DNA of 64,000 nt from Bacilli bacterium (GCA_016293205.1 JAEDES010000003.1:5777-69776); one strand, 5' to 3'; positions 17,790 through 28,439 are shown, counted from the first letter of the stretch. The notes: generated by a model from the sequence alone, not told the origin. Translations and numbers: made by a program.

Positions 17790-18080
17790 TTATATTGTCT
17801 TTGTATATACTTTTGCATCTTCTGATTTTTCTTCAGATATTTCTATAAAATCTAATTCTTTATCGGCTAACCTTTGATCAAATTCTACTAGTTGTTCTAC
17901 ACTCATTGAATTAACATAATCTTGTGCTTGAATAACTAAAACATGATTTGAATTTGCAGATAAATATGTTGCTGTTGATGTTGCCATTGATGATAATGTA
18001 TCATTATCAATATATGATCCATCTCCTGATAATGTACTAGTTGATATAGCACATGAAGTTGTTGATAATAAGTCTCTCAT
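17790..18080 (-). CDS. 96-aa Ser/Thr-rich small protein with acidic C-terminus; paralogue of the 115-aa ORF
   Basis: MRDLLSTTSCAISTSTLSGDG...DYVNSMSVEQLVEF...YTKTI. GGGGGA RBS present. It lies 14 nt downstream of truA. Confidence 0.55.
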   Translation of the reverse strand: MRDLLSTTSCAISTSTLSGDGSYIDNDTLSSMATSTATYLSANSNHVLVIQAQDYVNSMSVEQLVEFDQRLADKELDFIEISEEKSEDAKVYTKTI

Positions 18081-18094
18081 ATTGTTCCCCCTAA

Positions 18095-18826
18095 CTAATA
18101 TTCAACATCTATAAGGTACAATCCTTCTGCTGGCGCAGTTTTTCCTCCTGTTGTTCTATCTTTATTTTCTAAGTATCTTTCCACATCTTCTGTGGATATT
18201 TTATTTTCTCCTACTTGGATTAACATTCCTACCATGTTTCTAATTTGATAGCGTAGGAATCCATCTCCTTTAAATGTAATTTCTATTTTATCACATTTTC
18301 TTTCAATTGAAGCTCTAAATATTGTTCTAACACAATTTTCTTTTTCTTTACTTTCAGTTACAAAAGCTCTAAAGTCATGTGTTCCCAAAAATACTCTTAT
18401 GGCATCTGCCATCGCTTCAACATCTAAATCATAGTTATATTGAAACACATAATTTCTTTCTAATGGATTATATTCTCCAACATTAATAATATACTTATAT
18501 TCTTTTGTTTTTACATCATATCTTGCATGAAAATTGTCTGGTACTTGGAATGTTTCAATAATATGAATGTCATCTGGTAAATTACTATTCATCGCTCTTT
18601 TTAATTTATGTTCAGTAATATTAACATCAATATCAGCATGTCCATATTGGCATAACGCATGAACGCCTTTATCTGTTCGTCCAGTTGAAGTTATAGTTGT
18701 TTTTTTACCATTATTTATTTTTGTCAAAGCATTTTCTAAACATTCTTGAATGCTTAAAAGACCAGGTTGAGTTTGAAATCCACAGTAAGCTGTTCCATCA
18801 TATGAAAATTTCAACAAGTAACGCAT
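18095..18826 (-). CDS. truA: tRNA pseudouridine(38-40) synthase TruA
   Basis: 243 aa. It has YDGT.Y.GFQ.Q at the N-terminus and the catalytic block GRTDKGVHA. Confidence 0.93.
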   Translation of the reverse strand: MRYLLKFSYDGTAYCGFQTQPGLLSIQECLENALTKINNGKKTTITSTGRTDKGVHALCQYGHADIDVNITEHKLKRAMNSNLPDDIHIIETFQVPDNFHARYDVKTKEYKYIINVGEYNPLERNYVFQYNYDLDVEAMADAIRVFLGTHDFRAFVTESKEKENCVRTIFRASIERKCDKIEITFKGDGFLRYQIRNMVGMLIQVGENKISTEDVERYLENKDRTTGGKTAPAEGLYLIDVEY

Positions 18827-18858
18827 TTTATCACCTCTTTTTCCACAATAATTGTGAA

Positions 18859-19650
18859 TTAAACATGTTTATATATATCTTTTATTATATCTCTTATATC
18901 TTTATGATAATCTATTTTTACAGACTTTTTCTTTTTAGCAAGATAAGTAAATTCTATTATTTCTGGAATTAAGAATTTATTCTTTTTTAAAAAGTCTACT
19001 CTTTGATAAACTTCAGTAGTTGGTCCTTCTAATATAACTTGATTATTCTTTATAAAAATCATATTATCTGTATATTTGTGAAGAGCATTTTGATCTGTTG
19101 ATAATAAAACTATATTTATATTAAATTGTTCTTTTAGTCTTTGTAATAACATAAAAATTTTCTTTTCATTTTTATTATCTAAAAATTTAAATGGTTCTTC
19201 TACTATTATTAATTCTGGATTTGAAATTAGACTTAAAGCATATTGAAGAATTTTCTTTTCTGATTGTGATAGAGTTTGTAATGTTCTTTCTAAATATGAT
19301 TCGTCTAATCCTACTATTTTTAACGAATCTCTTATTTTTTTTGAATAATCTTTTATAATTAAATTATTTTGTTTTATGGTTTGTTTCATTAATTCATTTA
19401 CTGTTAATACATATTTTGGTATTACTAGTAAGTTTGGTATAAAACTAATTCTCTTTTGATAATTTTTTATATTTTCTTTTGTTATTTTTTCTTCATTTAC
19501 AAGTATAGTTCCTTTACCCTGTTTCCTTTGAGTTAATATTTCAATGTAATCAGTTAATGATGTTCCTGTTATACCCGTAATTGTTTTATATTCTATAGTA
19601 AAATTAATTTCTTTTTCATTGTATAGATAGTTAATAAATTTTATTTCCAT
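18859..19650 (-). CDS. EcfA2-like ABC ATPase paralogue with degenerate motifs
   Basis: 263 aa in the canonical ecfA2 position. Walker A is lost (GITGTSLTD), the signature is LSQSE and Walker B is IIVEEP. Confidence 0.6.
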   Translation of the reverse strand: MEIKFINYLYNEKEINFTIEYKTITGITGTSLTDYIEILTQRKQGKGTILVNEEKITKENIKNYQKRISFIPNLLVIPKYVLTVNELMKQTIKQNNLIIKDYSKKIRDSLKIVGLDESYLERTLQTLSQSEKKILQYALSLISNPELIIVEEPFKFLDNKNEKKIFMLLQRLKEQFNINIVLLSTDQNALHKYTDNMIFIKNNQVILEGPTTEVYQRVDFLKKNKFLIPEIIEFTYLAKKKKSVKIDYHKDIRDIIKDIYKHV

Positions 19651-20435
19651 AATAAATCCACCATCCTATCTTTATCTTGTTCAATGCAATTAATTAATTC
19701 ATAATCTCTTAATTTAACAGATAAATCAATCATAAATGGTAAATTTAAACCTGCTTTATTCATGATATTATCTTTTTCAATTATTTCTATTGGATTACCT
19801 TCAATCATTATATTACTATCACTAATGACATATAAATAATCTGATTGAAGCGCTATATCTAATGATGATGTTACTAAAACTATAGTAGTATTTTCTTGTT
19901 GATATTGTTTTAATATTTCAATAATTGTATCTAATTCTTTTTTATCAAAATATACTGATATATCATCAATAAAAATAATACTTGGATTATAGATAAAAGC
20001 TAAAGCTAATTGTACTTTAATTGTTTCTTTTATATCTAGTGAATCTAAATTAGATGATTGATATTTTGATAATTTTAATTCTTTTATTACTTTTTTATAT
20101 CTTTTTGTTTTTTCATCTTTAGATAAATTTAATAAATCTAAATAATGATTAAGTTCTTCTTCTAATGTGTTTGTTACATAATTTATTTCTCCAGGAATAA
20201 TTACTTTTAATATTTGATGTAAGTCAGTTAACTTATAATCTTCTAATTTTATATCATACATAGTTATTGTGTTGTTGATATCTATTTGATTATCTAACAT
20301 TCTTAATAGAGTTGTTTTTCCACAATTATTTGGTCCGGCTATTGTTATAAATTTATTTTCTTCAAGACCTATACTAAAGTCATTAAAAATACCTTTATAT
20401 GTTAGACCAATTATTTCAATGATATTTTTTGACAT
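19641..20435 (-). CDS. EcfA1-like ABC ATPase with intact Walker A but degenerate signature
   Basis: 264 aa. Walker A is GPNNCGKTT and Walker B is IIFIDDIS. No LSGGQ (LDIKET in its place). The EcfA-type C-terminus is GLNLPFMIDLSVKL. Confidence 0.6.
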   Translation of the reverse strand: MSKNIIEIIGLTYKGIFNDFSIGLEENKFITIAGPNNCGKTTLLRMLDNQIDINNTITMYDIKLEDYKLTDLHQILKVIIPGEINYVTNTLEEELNHYLDLLNLSKDEKTKRYKKVIKELKLSKYQSSNLDSLDIKETIKVQLALAFIYNPSIIFIDDISVYFDKKELDTIIEILKQYQQENTTIVLVTSSLDIALQSDYLYVISDSNIMIEGNPIEIIEKDNIMNKAGLNLPFMIDLSVKLRDYELINCIEQDKDRMVDLLWK

Positions 20436-20466
20436 AATTATTCCCCCTATGTTTTAAAAGCCAACA

Positions 20467-21219
20467 TTAGTTGACTTTTTTCTTTTGGATTCTATATGTT
20501 ATTCCTAATAATAATTTTAATGGTACAAATCTTCCAAAGAATTTAGCGCATTTCATTTTGAAACCTGGAATGATTACTAATTTCTTTTTAAACATTTCAT
20601 CAATAGCATATTTTGCTACAAAAGTGCTTGTTAGAGGCTTAACTCCAAATTTTACACCTGCAACATTATTGAAGTTAGTTTCAACTGGTCCTGGGCATAA
20701 AACTGATACATGAACGTTTGTGTTTTTTTTCTTTTGTTCATAATATAGTGCAGTTGATAGCTGATATACATATGACTTAGTTGCATAATATGTTGCCATC
20801 AATGGACCAGGTTGAAAAGCTGCTGAAGATGCAACATTTAATATATATCCAGATTTTCTTTTTTCCATATCTTTTAAGAATGATTTTGTAAGTATATGTA
20901 CTGCTTTAATGTTTGTATCAATCATTTCTAGTTCTTTATTTAAATCAGTATCTGTGAAATATCCGAAGTCACCAAAACCAGCATTGTTAATTAAAATATC
21001 AATGTTTTCTTTTCTTGTTAAAACATATAATTCTTTAACTTTTTGTTCATTAGATAAATCTGCTACAATAATAGTTACTTTTGTTGAAAGTTTTTCTTGT
21101 AATTCTTCTAATTTTTCTTTGTTTCTAGCTACTAAAATTAATTCACATTTTTTTGTTGCTAGATATTTTGCCATATCAAGACCTATCCCAGATGATGCTC
21201 CTGTTATTAATGCTTTCAT
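20467..21219 (-). CDS. Short-chain dehydrogenase/reductase (SDR) family oxidoreductase
   Basis: 250 aa with TGASSGIG, NNAG and YxxxK (YYATKSY). Confidence 0.85.
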   Translation of the reverse strand: MKALITGASSGIGLDMAKYLATKKCELILVARNKEKLEELQEKLSTKVTIIVADLSNEQKVKELYVLTRKENIDILINNAGFGDFGYFTDTDLNKELEMIDTNIKAVHILTKSFLKDMEKRKSGYILNVASSAAFQPGPLMATYYATKSYVYQLSTALYYEQKKKNTNVHVSVLCPGPVETNFNNVAGVKFGVKPLTSTFVAKYAIDEMFKKKLVIIPGFKMKCAKFFGRFVPLKLLLGITYRIQKKKVN

Positions 21220-21299
21220 AATATTCCTCCAATTAATTTTATTATAACAAGTTATATGTTTTTTTTCTATAAATATAAGTTTTTTGACTTCTTTTTTGA

Positions 21300-21326
21300 C
21301 AAAAAAAATAGGAATTTCTTCCTATT
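21300..21326 (-). terminator. Rho-independent terminator after rplQ
   Basis: AATAGGAA-tttc-TTCCTATT followed by a T8 run on the minus strand. Confidence 0.75.
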
Positions 21327-21337
21327 TAATTTATTTA

Positions 21338-21691
21338 TTATTTAGCTTCATCTACTAACTTTAAAATAACCATTAAAGCATCGTCTCCGCGTCTTTCAGC
21401 TACTTTTAAAATTTGTGTATATCCACCATTACGGTTTTCATAACGTTTTGCTAAATCATTGAAGATTTTTTCAACAACTTCAGTATCGTTATGTAAGAAT
21501 GCTAATGCTTTACGACGAGATACTAAATCTCCTTTTTTTCCGTAAGTAATCATTTTATCAACGAATTTACGTACTTCTTTGGCTCTAGTATCAGTAGTTG
21601 TGATTGCTTCGTTCATAACTACTTGTTTAGTTAAAGTTGCAAGCATACTTCTTCTATGTTTATTATCTCTTCCTAATTTTCTATATGCCAT
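21338..21691 (-). CDS. rplQ: 50S ribosomal protein L17
   Basis: 117 aa, bL17-like (MAYRKLGR...GGYTQILK), located after rpoA. Confidence 0.97.
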   Translation of the reverse strand: MAYRKLGRDNKHRRSMLATLTKQVVMNEAITTTDTRAKEVRKFVDKMITYGKKGDLVSRRKALAFLHNDTEVVEKIFNDLAKRYENRNGGYTQILKVAERRGDDALMVILKLVDEAK

Positions 21692-21710
21692 AATTATCCC
21701 TCCTTAAATT

Positions 21711-22661
21711 TTAGTCTTCATCACGAAGGATTAGACCCATATCTCTAATTTTGTCTAAAACTTCTTTTAGAGATTTTTTACCTAAGTTACGAATTTTCAT
21801 CATATCTGATTCACTCTTATTAACAAGGTCTTGTAGAGTGTGGATTCCAGCTCTCTTTAAGCAGTTATATGCTCTTACAGAGAAATCTAAATCTTCGATA
21901 GATGTTTCTAATGCTTTAACTTTTGGATCTTCAGTTTTTTCAATCATCATACCACTTACATCTGCAATTGATGATAAATCAGTTAAGATTTGGAAATGTT
22001 CAATTAAGATTCTTGATGCTAAAGCGATAGCTTCTTCTGGTTTGATTGATCCGTTTGTCCAAACATCTAAAATTAATTTGTCATAACTTTCATCTTGTCC
22101 TACACGAGCACTTCCTACTTCGTAAGAAACTCTTTCGATTGGAGAATATAATGAGTCAATAGCGATAACTCCAGCTTTTTTAATATCATAAAGTCTTTTG
22201 TTTTCTTCACTCTTAACATATCCACGACCATTTGTAACAGTCATTTCAATATTTAATGAACCACCTTTTGATAATGTAGCGATTACTTTATCTTTGTTGA
22301 TAACTTCGATATCAGCATCACATTCGATATCTCCAGCAGTTACTTCTCCTTCTTTTGTAGCATTAATTCGTACTGTTTTTGTTTCATTTGAATGATTTTT
22401 AAATACTACACCTTTTAAATTTAAAATAATAGTAGTTACGTCTTCATATACTCCATCGATTGTTTGGAATTCATGAAGAACACCATCGATTTTAATACTA
22501 CTAATAGCGCTTCCTGGTAGAGATGATAACATAACTCTTCTTAAAGCGTTACCGATTGTAGTACCGAAACCTCTTTCTAATGGTTCAAGTTCAAATCTTC
22601 CATAAAAATTACTTTCTACAGAATCAGTTATTTTATAAATTGGTTTTTCAAATTGTAACAT
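21711..22661 (-). CDS. rpoA: DNA-directed RNA polymerase alpha subunit
   Basis: 316 aa with GFGTTIGNALRRVMLSSLPG and the C-terminal domain block DLDFSVRAYNCLKRAGI. Confidence 0.97.
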   Translation of the reverse strand: MLQFEKPIYKITDSVESNFYGRFELEPLERGFGTTIGNALRRVMLSSLPGSAISSIKIDGVLHEFQTIDGVYEDVTTIILNLKGVVFKNHSNETKTVRINATKEGEVTAGDIECDADIEVINKDKVIATLSKGGSLNIEMTVTNGRGYVKSEENKRLYDIKKAGVIAIDSLYSPIERVSYEVGSARVGQDESYDKLILDVWTNGSIKPEEAIALASRILIEHFQILTDLSSIADVSGMMIEKTEDPKVKALETSIEDLDFSVRAYNCLKRAGIHTLQDLVNKSESDMMKIRNLGKKSLKEVLDKIRDMGLILRDED

Positions 22662-22708
22662 GAAACTAACCTCCCTTTATTTTGTTCCACTAAATTATCC
22701 TTTTTAAA

Positions 22709-23092
22709 CTATCCACGTGGACGTTTTGGTGGACGGCATCCATTATGTGGAATTGGTGTAACGTCTGCGATAGCTGTTACTTCTAATCCAGCTGTTTGTA
22801 ATGAACGAATAGCTGTTTCACGTCCTGGTCCTAAACCTTTAACGCGAACTTCAACTTTACGCATTCCCATATCAAATGCAACTTTTCCTGCAGCTTCTGC
22901 AGCCATTCCAGCAGCGAATGGAGTTGATTTTTTACTTCCTTTAAAACCGATAGCACCAGATGATGCCCAGCTTATTACATTACCGTCTTTATCAGTAATT
23001 GTTGTAATTGTATTATTGAATGTTGAATGAACATGTGCAATACCTTCAGGAACATTCTTTTTAACTTTTTTCTTTCTAGTCTTATAAGCCAT
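22709..23092 (-). CDS. rpsK: 30S ribosomal protein S11
   Basis: 127 aa with [12 protein letters not shown]...[12 protein letters not shown]. Confidence 0.97.
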   Translation of the reverse strand: MAYKTRKKKVKKNVPEGIAHVHSTFNNTITTITDKDGNVISWASSGAIGFKGSKKSTPFAAGMAAEAAGKVAFDMGMRKVEVRVKGLGPGRETAIRSLQTAGLEVTAIADVTPIPHNGCRPPKRPRG

Positions 23093-23131
23093 AAGTCTTA
23101 CCTCCTTTTAATAATTTAAACTAAGTTTTAA

Positions 23132-23500
23132 CTAAACTTTTTTCTTATTTGCTACTACTTTACCTTTACCCTTACGAGTACGAGCATTACGGTTAGTTCT
23201 TTGTCCTCTTACAGGTAATCCTTTTTTATGACGAGTTCCTTCGTATGAATTGATTTCCATTTTTGTTTTGATATTCATACTAACTTCACGACGTAAATCT
23301 CCTTCAGTTAAATGTTTGTTGATTTCGTCACGAATTAAAACTAAATCATCTTGAGATAAATCTTTAGTTTTAGTAGTTGGATCAATATTTACATTTTTAA
23401 GAATTTGTTTTGCAAGACTTCTTCCAATACCATAAATGTAAGTTAATGAAATACAAATATGTTTATCATTTGGAATGTCTACACCTTTAATACGTGCCAT
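23132..23500 (-). CDS. rpsM: 30S ribosomal protein S13
   Basis: 122 aa with [10 protein letters not shown]...YIYGIG. Confidence 0.97.
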   Translation of the reverse strand: MARIKGVDIPNDKHICISLTYIYGIGRSLAKQILKNVNIDPTTKTKDLSQDDLVLIRDEINKHLTEGDLRREVSMNIKTKMEINSYEGTRHKKGLPVRGQRTNRNARTRKGKGKVVANKKKV

Positions 23501-23516
23501 TTAAACACACCTCCTA

Positions 23517-23630
23517 TTAACCTTGTACTTGTTTGTGCTTTGGATTTTCACAAATTACTCTTATTTTTCCTTTGCGTTTTACAATTTTACATTTTTCGCA
23601 AATTGGTTTTACTGATGCTTTTACTTTCAT
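23517..23630 (-). CDS. rpmJ: 50S ribosomal protein L36
   Basis: Not in the ORF track because it is under 60 aa. My translation is [37 protein letters not shown], with the CxxC...C...H zinc motif. Confidence 0.93.
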   Translation of the reverse strand: MKVKASVKPICEKCKIVKRKGKIRVICENPKHKQVQG

Positions 23631-23644
23631 ATATTTCCCTCCTA

Positions 23645-23860
23645 TTATTTACGATAGGTAATACGCCCACGTGTTAAGTCATAAGGCGATAGTTCTATCA
23701 TTACGGTATCTCCTGCTAAGATTCGAATGTAATTCATTCGTATTTTACCAGAAACGTGAGCTTCCACAATGTGTCCATTTTCTAGTTGAACTTTAAATTT
23801 TCCTCCTGGAATAATTTCAAGAACTTTACCTTCAATTTCAATTGTATCTTCTTTAGCCAT
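23645..23860 (-). CDS. infA: Translation initiation factor IF-1
   Basis: 71 aa with [13 protein letters not shown]...[14 protein letters not shown]. Confidence 0.97.
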   Translation of the reverse strand: MAKEDTIEIEGKVLEIIPGGKFKVQLENGHIVEAHVSGKIRMNYIRILAGDTVMIELSPYDLTRGRITYRK

Positions 23861-23864
23861 CTTT

Positions 23865-24611
23865 TCACTCTCCTGTCAAGATTTCATATCCATCGGCAGT
23901 TACTACTACTGTATGTTCAAAATGAGCTGATGGACGACCGTCTTCGGTATCTATTGTCCAATCATTATCGTGAATAAATATTCTTGGACTACCGGCTGTT
24001 ATCATTGGTTCTACGGCTATAACCATTCCTTCTTTAAGTCTTGGACCTGTATTTGGAATTCCAAAATTTGGAACTTCTGGATCTTCATGTACTGATGTAC
24101 CAACACCATGTCCACAAAGTTCTTTTACAACTCCTAAATTTTTAGACTTAGCATAAGTTTGAATTGCATACCCTATATCGCCAACTCTATTTCCTGGTTT
24201 TACTTGCTCTAAACCAATAAATAATGATTTTTCTGTATGTTCTAATAAGAACTTCTTTTCTTCATCAACTTCCCCTACTGCGTAAGTCCAAGCTGAATCT
24301 CCATGATATCCTTTATAGCAAGCGCCGATATCAACAGATACTATATCACCATTTTTTAATACATAATCACTAGGAAATCCATGAACTACTTCAGAATTTA
24401 CACTAATGCATAATGTATATGGGAAACCTTCGTATCCCTTAAAAGAAGGTGTAGCACCTTGGCTTCTAATGAAGTCTTCTGCTAACTTATCTAACTCAAT
24501 AGTTTTAATACCTTCTTTTATATATGGTTGTAGATACTTATGTGTTTTGTAGACTATATTACCAGCAATTTTTAAGAGTTCAATTTCACGCTTACTTTTA
24601 ATTGTAATCAT
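23865..24611 (-). CDS. map: Type I methionine aminopeptidase
   Basis: 248 aa with the metal-ligand context [14 protein letters not shown] and EPM. Confidence 0.95.
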   Translation of the reverse strand: MITIKSKREIELLKIAGNIVYKTHKYLQPYIKEGIKTIELDKLAEDFIRSQGATPSFKGYEGFPYTLCISVNSEVVHGFPSDYVLKNGDIVSVDIGACYKGYHGDSAWTYAVGEVDEEKKFLLEHTEKSLFIGLEQVKPGNRVGDIGYAIQTYAKSKNLGVVKELCGHGVGTSVHEDPEVPNFGIPNTGPRLKEGMVIAVEPMITAGSPRIFIHDNDWTIDTEDGRPSAHFEHTVVVTADGYEILTGE

Positions 24612-24623
24612 TTAATCATCCCC

Positions 24624-25280
24624 TTAGTTATTACTTATTATTTCATCTACAGCGTTGAATATATTTTCAACTGTGTCTTCTCCGTTAATAACGTGTAAGA
24701 CATTTTGTTTTTTATAATGTTCAATAATTGGTGCAGTCTTTTCTAAATACATTTTATAACGTGTTTGAAAAGCTTCTAAATTATCATCATTACGTTGATA
24801 TAATTTTCCACCACATTTATCACATACTGATTCAACTTTTGGTGAACTATTTTCATCATTAATATTGTATATTGCATGACAATCTTCACAAAGTCTTCTA
24901 CCAGTAATTCTTTTTTCTAATGTTTTTTCACTAATTTCTAGATAAATAACATTACCTATTTCATAGCCTAAGTTTGCTAGAATTTTGTCATATTCAATTG
25001 CTTGATCCAAGTTTCTTGGAAATCCATCGATTATATAACCATTTTTGCAATCTTCTTTATTTAAACGTTCCTCAATTAGTTTATAAGTAATTTCATCTTT
25101 TACTAATTTACCACTTGCTAAAGTTTCATACACGTAACTTCCAATTTCACTATCTTCTTTAGATATTTCTCTTAGAATGTCACCTGTTGAAATATGAGGT
25201 ATATTGTACTTTTTTGTTACCAATTCGGCTTGAGTACCTTTACCTGCCGCAGGTGGTGCTATAAACATGATATTTTTCAT
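24624..25280 (-). CDS. adk: Adenylate kinase (Cys4 zinc-lid type)
   Basis: 218 aa with P-loop APPAAGKGTQ and lid CEDC...CDKCGG. Confidence 0.95.
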   Translation of the reverse strand: MKNIMFIAPPAAGKGTQAELVTKKYNIPHISTGDILREISKEDSEIGSYVYETLASGKLVKDEITYKLIEERLNKEDCKNGYIIDGFPRNLDQAIEYDKILANLGYEIGNVIYLEISEKTLEKRITGRRLCEDCHAIYNINDENSSPKVESVCDKCGGKLYQRNDDNLEAFQTRYKMYLEKTAPIIEHYKKQNVLHVINGEDTVENIFNAVDEIISNN

Positions 25281-25285
25281 AAATA

Positions 25286-26560
25286 TTACCTTCTACTATA
25301 TCCTCTTTTATAACTTCTAGTTAGAATGCTTCCTTCTAGTTGTTTGTAAGTTTCAAGTGCCACTCCAACTACGATTAATAATCCAGTACCACCAATAGAT
25401 ACAGATGTTGGTAAGCTTGTTAAACTTGAGAATATTATTGGTAAACCTGCGATAACTACTAAGAATGTTGCTCCTAAAACAGTTAATCTTGTTAACACTT
25501 TAGTAATATATGCTCTTGTATCATCACCAGGTCTTATTCCTGGAATATATCCTCCATTTTCTTGTAAGTTCTTTGCAAATTCTTCTGGTTTTACTTGAAT
25601 AAATGTATAGAAGTAAGCAAAGAAGAAAATGAATACTACATAAATTCCGAACCCTACCGGTGTTGTATATGTTAAATATTTTTGTACTATCAAAGTAAAT
25701 GTATCGTTCTTAATAACTTGAGCAATAATACCAGGTACTGATAATAAACTTGATGCGAAAATTACTGGTATAACTCCTGCTGTATTAATTTTGATTGGCA
25801 TAAAACTTTGAGCAGCACCTCCATATGCACTTGTTGATTTGTTTGCATATTGAATTGGAATTCTTCTTTCAGATTCTTGAATAAATACTACTCCAATTAC
25901 TATTGCGAAATATAATATTACAAATAAGATAAATTCAATGATCCCAAGTGTAATTACTTGAGCTGTACCATTTAATGTTACTAATCCACCAAATGCATCA
26001 ATAAACATTTGTGGAAGAGTAGCAATGATACCAGCCATGATAATTAAACTTAAACCATTACCAATTCCTTTTTGAGTGATTTGATCACCTAACCATAAAA
26101 GGAATGATGTACCAGCAGTTAATACTGTTGCTATATACATGTATTGCATAGGTGCCGCTTCTTGTCCTAAGAACGCGAATGCAAACGCATAGCCTTCAAT
26201 AAAGGCAAATGCAATACCTACATATCTTGTAATTTGATTTATCTTTTGTCTACCAGTTGGTCCTTGTTTACTTAATTCAGTAAAATAAGGAATGATATCC
26301 ATTTGTAATAATTGAATAATAATGGACGCTGTAATGTAAGGAGTAACTCCTAATGCGAAGATTGAGAAGTTTTGTAATGCTCCTCCACCCATTACGTTAA
26401 TTAATTCTAAGAATCCTAAGTTGCTAGTTAAATCTTGTGTTCCAGGAACTCTAATTGAGATACCTAATATGAAGATTATTAATGCTCCAAGCGTAAAGTA
26501 TATTCTATGACGAAGATCTTTATTGTTTGAAGTGAATAATTGCTTCATAGTTTTAAACAT
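25286..26560 (-). CDS. secY: Preprotein translocase subunit SecY
   Basis: 424 aa polytopic membrane protein, located between rplO and adk. Confidence 0.96.
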   Translation of the reverse strand: MFKTMKQLFTSNNKDLRHRIYFTLGALIIFILGISIRVPGTQDLTSNLGFLELINVMGGGALQNFSIFALGVTPYITASIIIQLLQMDIIPYFTELSKQGPTGRQKINQITRYVGIAFAFIEGYAFAFAFLGQEAAPMQYMYIATVLTAGTSFLLWLGDQITQKGIGNGLSLIIMAGIIATLPQMFIDAFGGLVTLNGTAQVITLGIIEFILFVILYFAIVIGVVFIQESERRIPIQYANKSTSAYGGAAQSFMPIKINTAGVIPVIFASSLLSVPGIIAQVIKNDTFTLIVQKYLTYTTPVGFGIYVVFIFFFAYFYTFIQVKPEEFAKNLQENGGYIPGIRPGDDTRAYITKVLTRLTVLGATFLVVIAGLPIIFSSLTSLPTSVSIGGTGLLIVVGVALETYKQLEGSILTRSYKRGYSRR

Positions 26561-26561
26561 A

Positions 26562-27005
26562 CTAGATCACCTCAGCTTTACTTCCTGACTCTTTAATTTT
26601 ATCTAAAGCACTAGTTGAGAATTTGTTAGCTTGAATAGTTAATTTCTTTTCTAACTTTCCATTTCCTAATACTTTAACTCCATCTAATTGATTTTTAATA
26701 ATTCCTGCTTCTTTTAATAATGCAGGTGATACTACTGTTCCATCTTCGAATACATTTAATTCTTCTACATTGATAACAGCATATCTAGTTTTGAACATAG
26801 CGTTCTTGAATCCACGTTTTGGAATTCTTCTATATAATGGTAATTGTCCACCTTCAAATACTGGGTTAACTCCACCACCACTACGTGCTTTTTGTCCTTT
26901 TTGTCCGCGACCACTTGTTTTACCAAGACCACTACCTGATCCACGTCCAACACGTTTTTTAGCTTGAGTAGCTCCGATATTTCTTTCTAATTCATGTAAT
27001 TTCAT
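26562..27005 (-). CDS. rplO: 50S ribosomal protein L15
   Basis: 147 aa with MKLHELE...[17 protein letters not shown]. Confidence 0.97.
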   Translation of the reverse strand: MKLHELERNIGATQAKKRVGRGSGSGLGKTSGRGQKGQKARSGGGVNPVFEGGQLPLYRRIPKRGFKNAMFKTRYAVINVEELNVFEDGTVVSPALLKEAGIIKNQLDGVKVLGNGKLEKKLTIQANKFSTSALDKIKESGSKAEVI

Positions 27006-27514
27006 TATCCTAATATCTCCTCTACTGTTTTACCACGAAGTTCTGCAACTTGTTCTACAGTCTTAATAGACTTTAATGCATTAAGTGCAGCTGTAGCCAT
27101 ATTTAATTTTGTTCTTGCTCCTAGTGATTTAGAGACAACATCACGAATTCCTGCTAATTCTAAGATAGCACGAACAGATCCACCAGCGATAACTCCAGTA
27201 CCTGCTGCAGCTGGTTTAATAATAACTCTTGCAGCTCCTGAATGTCCGATTGCTTCGTGAGCAACTGTTCTTCCATCGATTAGAGGTATTGTGATTAATT
27301 TTTTATTAGCATCTTGAATTGCTTTTTTAATTGCATCAGGTACTTCATTAGCTTTACCAATACCTAATCCAACTTTACCTTTACGGTCACCTACTACAAC
27401 TATAGCAGAATATCTTCTTTGACGTCCACCTTTGTTAACTTTAACAACGCTTTTTACGTCAATTACTAATTCTTCTAAAAGTTTTTCTTTAGGTTCTTGA
27501 GTCTTTCTTTGCAT
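27005..27514 (-). CDS. rpsE: 30S ribosomal protein S5
   Basis: 169 aa with V.KGGR...VVVGD..G.VG.G.GKA. Its stop overlaps the rplO start, so there is no room for rpmD. Confidence 0.97.
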   Translation of the reverse strand: MQRKTQEPKEKLLEELVIDVKSVVKVNKGGRQRRYSAIVVVGDRKGKVGLGIGKANEVPDAIKKAIQDANKKLITIPLIDGRTVAHEAIGHSGAARVIIKPAAAGTGVIAGGSVRAILELAGIRDVVSKSLGARTKLNMATAALNALKSIKTVEQVAELRGKTVEEILG

Positions 27515-27526
27515 AATACCCTCCTA

Positions 27527-27883
27527 TTAGAATTCTAATCCATTTTCACGTGCAGCTTCTGCTAGAGCTTTTACACGTCCGTGATAAAGGTATCCACCTC
27601 TATCGAATACTACTTTTGTAATTTTTGCTTTTGTAGCTTTTTCAGCGATTGATTTACCAACTGCTGCAGCTGCTTCAACATTACTTCCGTTTTCAAGTTT
27701 TAATTCTAATGAGGAAGCAGATACTAGAGTAGTTTTTGTTTCATCATCAATGATTTGTGCATAGATTTCTGCATTTGAGCGGAATACACAAAGTCTTGGG
27801 CATGCGCTTGTTCCCATAATATTTTTACGAATTCTTTCGTGACGTACTAAACGCATACTATTACGTGATTCTTTTTTTATCAT
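27527..27883 (-). CDS. rplR: 50S ribosomal protein L18
   Basis: 118 aa with RL.VFRSN..IYAQ.IDD...[15 protein letters not shown]. Confidence 0.97.
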   Translation of the reverse strand: MIKKESRNSMRLVRHERIRKNIMGTSACPRLCVFRSNAEIYAQIIDDETKTTLVSASSLELKLENGSNVEAAAAVGKSIAEKATKAKITKVVFDRGGYLYHGRVKALAEAARENGLEF

Positions 27884-27908
27884 ATTTTTCTTTCTCCCTT
27901 CCTATTGA

Positions 27909-28439
27909 TTAAGCAGCTTTCTTTCCTTCTTTACGACGAACATGTTCATCTTTGTAACGAATTCCTTTACCTTTGTATGGTTCAGGTTGTCTAACTTTTC
28001 TAATGTTAGCAGCAAATTCACCAACTAAAGTTTTATCAATTCCTTTAACTGTTATTTCTGTATTACCATTAGCTTCTACTGTTAAACCTTCTGGAATTTC
28101 CACCTCAACTGGATGTGAATAACCAGCGCTTATAACTAATTTTTTTCCTTGAACATTGAAACGGTACCCAACACCAAGTATTTCTAAACCTTTTTCATAT
28201 CCTTTAGTAACACCAATAATCATGTTTTGGATTAAAGCGTTCATTGTTCCATGCATTGCTTTTGCATTTTCGTTTTTACGTTCTAAAATAACTGTATTTT
28301 CTTCTTGTTTCATTGTAATGTCTTTTAACATAACTTGTGATAAAGTTCCTTTTGGACCTTTAACTGTAACTACGTTATCAACATTTTCTACAGTAACACC
28401 TTCTGGTACTGTAATTACACGATTTCCTATACGGCTCAT
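27909..28439 (-). CDS. rplF: 50S ribosomal protein L6
   Basis: 176 aa with MSRIGNRVI.VP.GV...EPYKGKGIRY. Confidence 0.97.
   Translation of the reverse strand: MSRIGNRVITVPEGVTVENVDNVVTVKGPKGTLSQVMLKDITMKQEENTVILERKNENAKAMHGTMNALIQNMIIGVTKGYEKGLEILGVGYRFNVQGKKLVISAGYSHPVEVEIPEGLTVEANGNTEITVKGIDKTLVGEFAANIRKVRQPEPYKGKGIRYKDEHVRRKEGKKAA

Noticed and set aside
20471-22395. Plus-strand ORFs opposite the SDR gene, rplQ and rpoA (20471..20713, 20909..21247, 21751..22086, 22198..22395)
   Set aside because: They are antisense to confidently identified genes and have Ser/Phe/Leu/Ile-rich products with no start signals.
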